DNA of 32,000 nt from Microcystis aeruginosa NIES-843 (GTDB lineage Bacteria; Cyanobacteriota; Cyanobacteriia; Cyanobacteriales; Microcystaceae). This document shows, piece after piece, positions 26,497-32,000 of this stretch. The notes beneath the pieces were generated by a model. The model had not been told where the DNA came from and searched no databases. It was given only the letters and a program-made list of their open reading frames with translations. The translations under genes and the position numbers were made by a program. Each line of letters begins with the position of its first letter. Positions within the stretch are counted from its first letter, which is position 1. The stretch is taken from positions 5,490,001-5,522,000 of the forward strand of contig NC_010296.1 of assembly GCF_000010625.1 (NCBI RefSeq), in the 5' to 3' direction.

Positions 26497-26499
26497 TGT

Positions 26500-29244
<2,745 letters not shown>

Positions 29245-29326
29245 GAGTCTCTCGTTTTCAATCTGTCTAGCTGTGAATCATAAGGCATTTTGCCCGTTTT
29301 AACCTTGTTTATCCCTGAGCATCCCT

Positions 29327-29731
29327 ATGACGACTGTTTTGATTGTAGAAGACGACCCGATAAATTTTCGCGTTTTTGCCAAAATTTTGACCAAACGAGG
29401 TGGTCTAGAGGTCAAAGGGACTGAAGACGTGGAAGAAGTGCTTCGTATTGCTCGGGATAAGGAAGCGGACGTGATCTTAATGGATGTCTCCCTCTCCCAT
29501 AGTGTCTATGAAGGGAAAGCGGTAGATGGCATTAAAATCAGCCAAATTCTCAAAGCTAACCCCGAAACCGCCGATTTACCCGTTATTATCGTCACCGCTC
29601 ACGCTATGGAGGGCGATCGAGAGAATTTTCTCAAGCAGAGTCAGGCCGATGGTTATATTTCTAAACCAGTGGTTGATCACCAAGCTTTTGTTGATCAAAT
29701 TTTGGCGATCATCGATCAGAAGCTGGTCTAA
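29327..29731 (+). CDS. single-domain response regulator (CheY-like receiver)
   Basis: VLIVEDDP...DVILMDVSL...PVIIVTAHA...GYISKP contains the receiver acidic pocket, phospho-Asp, T and K motifs. Confidence 0.85.
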   Translation: MTTVLIVEDDPINFRVFAKILTKRGGLEVKGTEDVEEVLRIARDKEADVILMDVSLSHSVYEGKAVDGIKISQILKANPETADLPVIIVTAHAMEGDRENFLKQSQADGYISKPVVDHQAFVDQILAIIDQKLV

Positions 29732-29769
29732 GCTTTGAGTCTTCTTTTGTTAGTATATCAGTATTGATC

Positions 29770-29974
29770 TAGGGTGGGCTGAATAAATCTAAAAACCTTG
29801 TTGGGTAAGACTTTTAGACCTTTTGTCAATCAAAAAGTACCGGCGACGGAAGTGATTGGGGGGAAAATCCCTGGACTTTTCCCCTGAAAATTAGGTAATT
29901 GACCCCCTCAAAATCGGTAAAACCCTACACCCCACACCCTGTCCCCACAAGAAACTTTTTGCCGCAAACCCTAC
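29770..29974 (-). mobile_element. MITE copy C (inverted orientation), abutting the vanX-like stop codon
   Basis: TA|GGGTGGGCTGAATAAATCTAAAAACCTTGTTGG...CCTGAAAATTAGGTAATTGACC...AAACTTTTTGCCGCAAACCC|TA. The G/C-rich array is reduced to about 2 units. Confidence 0.75.
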
Positions 29975-30667
29975 TTAATCCTCCACTCTGCCATAGATGG
30001 CGTAGGCTCGATCGAGCGACCAGGCCCACATCTGATCCCCTAGGGAAAAATGCCACCATTCCCCCTTATGTCGGCTAAATCCCGCCTCCTCCATCACTTT
30101 AGCCAATAAAACTCGTTTTTGATGATAACTCTGTTCTCGCGGGCTTTTTGCGGCGATATAATAATCGGGATGCGATCGCTCACTGATCTCATCGATTTCT
30201 CCCCCCATGTCGATGGCTTGTCCCTTCTCGTCCACCAGGGTAATATCGATCGCCGCTCCGGTACTATGGGGAGGCGGAGTGGCGGCATTATCGCTGGGAA
30301 ACGCCCAAATAGTGTAAACTTCTGTTAAAATCGCTTGACTTTCTGCCTCCGATAGTTTCTCTCTGGCTAATCCTCTTGTGTCTAGGAGAGTCTGAAAACT
30401 ATAATCGACCATAAATTGTTGCACTTCCACCGGTCGATAGGCATCAAAAATCAAAATTTGCCAACCGGGTTGATAGACTTGCAGACGGTTTTGAGCGTCA
30501 ATCAGAGCATTTAACACCCCTTGTCGCAAAAAATAGGGAGATTTACCCCGATAATTGGCCCCTAATTTCTCGTAAGCATGGGGAGAAGGAATAACAAACT
30601 TATCTGCGGGTATAGGTACTAGGGGTTCCCCACATTCACGAATAGGAATTTTTTGGTAGGGTTTCAT
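29975..30667 (-). CDS. D-alanyl-D-alanine dipeptidase (VanX/DdpX, peptidase M15D)
   Basis: FDAYRP..VQ...SPHSTGAAIDITL...GF....GEWWHF is the VanX-type zinc-site pattern. Confidence 0.85.
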   Translation of the reverse strand: MKPYQKIPIRECGEPLVPIPADKFVIPSPHAYEKLGANYRGKSPYFLRQGVLNALIDAQNRLQVYQPGWQILIFDAYRPVEVQQFMVDYSFQTLLDTRGLAREKLSEAESQAILTEVYTIWAFPSDNAATPPPHSTGAAIDITLVDEKGQAIDMGGEIDEISERSHPDYYIAAKSPREQSYHQKRVLLAKVMEEAGFSRHKGEWWHFSLGDQMWAWSLDRAYAIYGRVED

Positions 30668-30722
30668 CTCGTCATCGGGAAACAGTAATTTTATTGATGG
30701 TCAACTCGATCGCCAGTTTACA

Positions 30723-30955
30723 TAGGGTTTGCGGCAAAAAGTTTTTCGTGGGGGTAGGGTGTGGGGTGTGGGGTGTGGGGTGTGGGGTGTGGGGTGTGGG
30801 GTTTTACCCATTTTCATGTGGTCAATTACCTAATTTTCAGGGAAAAAGTCCAGGGATTTTCCCCCCAATCACTCCAATGGTCGGCACTTTTTGAGGGAAA
30901 AAAAGTCTAAAAACCTTATCCAACAAGGTTGTTAGATTTATTCAGCAAACCCTAC
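30723..30955 (+). mobile_element. MITE copy D (best-preserved copy)
   Basis: TA|GGGTTTGCGGCAAAAAGTTTTTCGTGGGGGT, (A/G)GGGTGT x6 (1 AGGGTGT + 5 GGGGTGT), GGTCAATTACCTAATTTTCAGGG...CCAACAAGGTTGTTAGATTTATTCAGCAAACCC|TA. The 11-bp TIR is GGGTTTGC.G/C.GCAAACCC. Confidence 0.8.
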
Positions 30956-30964
30956 ATAAACCCG

Positions 30965-32000
30965 TTATTCTTCCTCCTCATCGGTTGTAGGGAATTTCAT
31001 ACTGGCCCAAGTTAACTGTTTTTGCGGGTCTTTTTCCGGTTCACTAAAACTCTCCTTGAGTTGTTCTTTCACCTGAGCAATATTGCCACTTTGAGCGGCA
31101 TTCTTTAGATCATAGACATAACGAGCATTTTCGATCGCTTCCTCTTTACTACGAGAACTAGACTCAAAGCATTTTTCTAGGTCTTTGTAAATACCCTTGC
31201 GAGAGATTTTTAGAAAATATTGACGTTCTGTATCGATCAGTTTAGCCAATAATTCTAGGTGCATGGAATCCTCGGCACAGATATCCGCGAGGATATCCCA
31301 TTCTTCACTCCCCAAAAGATTATTATCCGCTCCCGGTCGCGGGTCTTGAAAAGTTTCTCCAGTCACTTGTTTATAAATCTTCGGTAATTGGTCATCAAAT
31401 TCGTGCTTTTCTTCCCTCCAAATCCGGCGAATTTCGCTGAGTTCCTCCGTGGTAATTAGGGTAATATCTTTCATCTCCTCTGGGGCATTAGTACGCACGC
31501 TCTCCTGAGCTTCTAATACCCTTCTCAGCCAATATTCTCGCCATTGTTTAGTATAAGGACCGGGTATGGGTTCGATCGATATTTCTCCATTTAAGTTTCT
31601 TTCAAATAATTGTACTTTCCCAAAGATACGGCGAAAATCCCGTTTTGGTCGGTCATCTTCTATATCTAATTCGTTGCGAAGGTCTAAAAGCGGTTGTAAC
31701 CATTCTTTTTCTTGGTCATTCTGTATCATTGCCTCCATCGATTTATCTTTATTCACCAAAGTACAAACCCAACAACCAAAGCGCGAATCTCCACAGCTAG
31801 GAGTGGAAGTATCTACCACTAGGGGACATTCATTATCCGCAGTCGCTCCTCGATACATTGCTAATAATTCTTTGTTATCTCCTCCCCAGGGATTTTCCCA
31901 CTGCATTAAGTACATCCATACTTCATCAGTACGCCAATCTTCTATGGGAGTATAAACAAGTGAATTAATCAAGTGAGTATGAGGGCTAAGACGCTCCCTT
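30965..32000 (-). CDS. dndC: DNA phosphorothioation sulfurtransferase DndC, C-terminal ~345 codons (ORF continues past right window edge)
   Basis: ECPLVVDTSTPSCGDSRFGCWVCTLVNKDKSMEAMI is the DndC Fe-S cysteine block. The frame stays open from 31972 to 32000 (...RERLSPHTHLINSLVY). Confidence 0.7.
   Translation of the reverse strand, partial: RERLSPHTHLINSLVYTPIEDWRTDEVWMYLMQWENPWGGDNKELLAMYRGATADNECPLVVDTSTPSCGDSRFGCWVCTLVNKDKSMEAMIQNDQEKEWLQPLLDLRNELDIEDDRPKRDFRRIFGKVQLFERNLNGEISIEPIPGPYTKQWREYWLRRVLEAQESVRTNAPEEMKDITLITTEELSEIRRIWREEKHEFDDQLPKIYKQVTGETFQDPRPGADNNLLGSEEWDILADICAEDSMHLELLAKLIDTERQYFLKISRKGIYKDLEKCFESSSRSKEEAIENARYVYDLKNAAQSGNIAQVKEQLKESFSEPEKDPQKQLTWASMKFPTTDEEEE

Overview
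This 32-kb window comes from a cyanobacterial chromosome. Supporting signs are frequent HIP1 GCGATCGC sites, STRR-like heptanucleotide arrays, ycf23 and tocopherol cyclase; it looks Microcystis-like, which is inference only. Housekeeping genes present: PDH E2, ycf23, glmU, a thioredoxin-like protein, an FGGY kinase, tocopherol cyclase, a GyrA/ParC-family subunit, a CheY-like regulator and a VanX-like dipeptidase. They are interleaved with much accessory DNA. (1) Most interesting: an AT-rich ~3-kb islet (about 8.9-11.85 kb) beside an ISAs1 transposase remnant. It carries a sulfotransferase, a heme-oxygenase-like (HDO-type) protein and, 348 nt upstream on the same strand, a 50-aa ORF absent from the ORF track. 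That ORF has a strong SD, a sigma70-like promoter and a double-glycine leader motif, so this may be an undescribed RiPP (sulfated-peptide-like) cassette. (2) A GC-rich kdpA-kdpB-(kdpF-like)-kdpC operon is colonised by a frameshifted TnpB/IS605-family element, a MITE, a decayed R-M cassette (REase stub plus a C5-MTase split by a 111-bp MITE and an IS630 element) and hairpin repeats. No kdpD/E is visible. (3) A TnpB-less mini-element retains only the IS ends and an omega-RNA-like 3' module. (4) A ~200-235-bp MITE family with TA duplications and a variable (GGGGTGT)n core occurs four times, and two copies bracket vanX. (5) Two heptanucleotide arrays are translated in frame inside the GyrA/ParC-family gene. 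The window also holds a BrnT/BrnA toxin-antitoxin pair, a DUF29 fragment and a dndC gene running off the right edge. No rRNA, tRNA or CRISPR array was seen. All functional calls come from motif recognition by eye; no searches were run.
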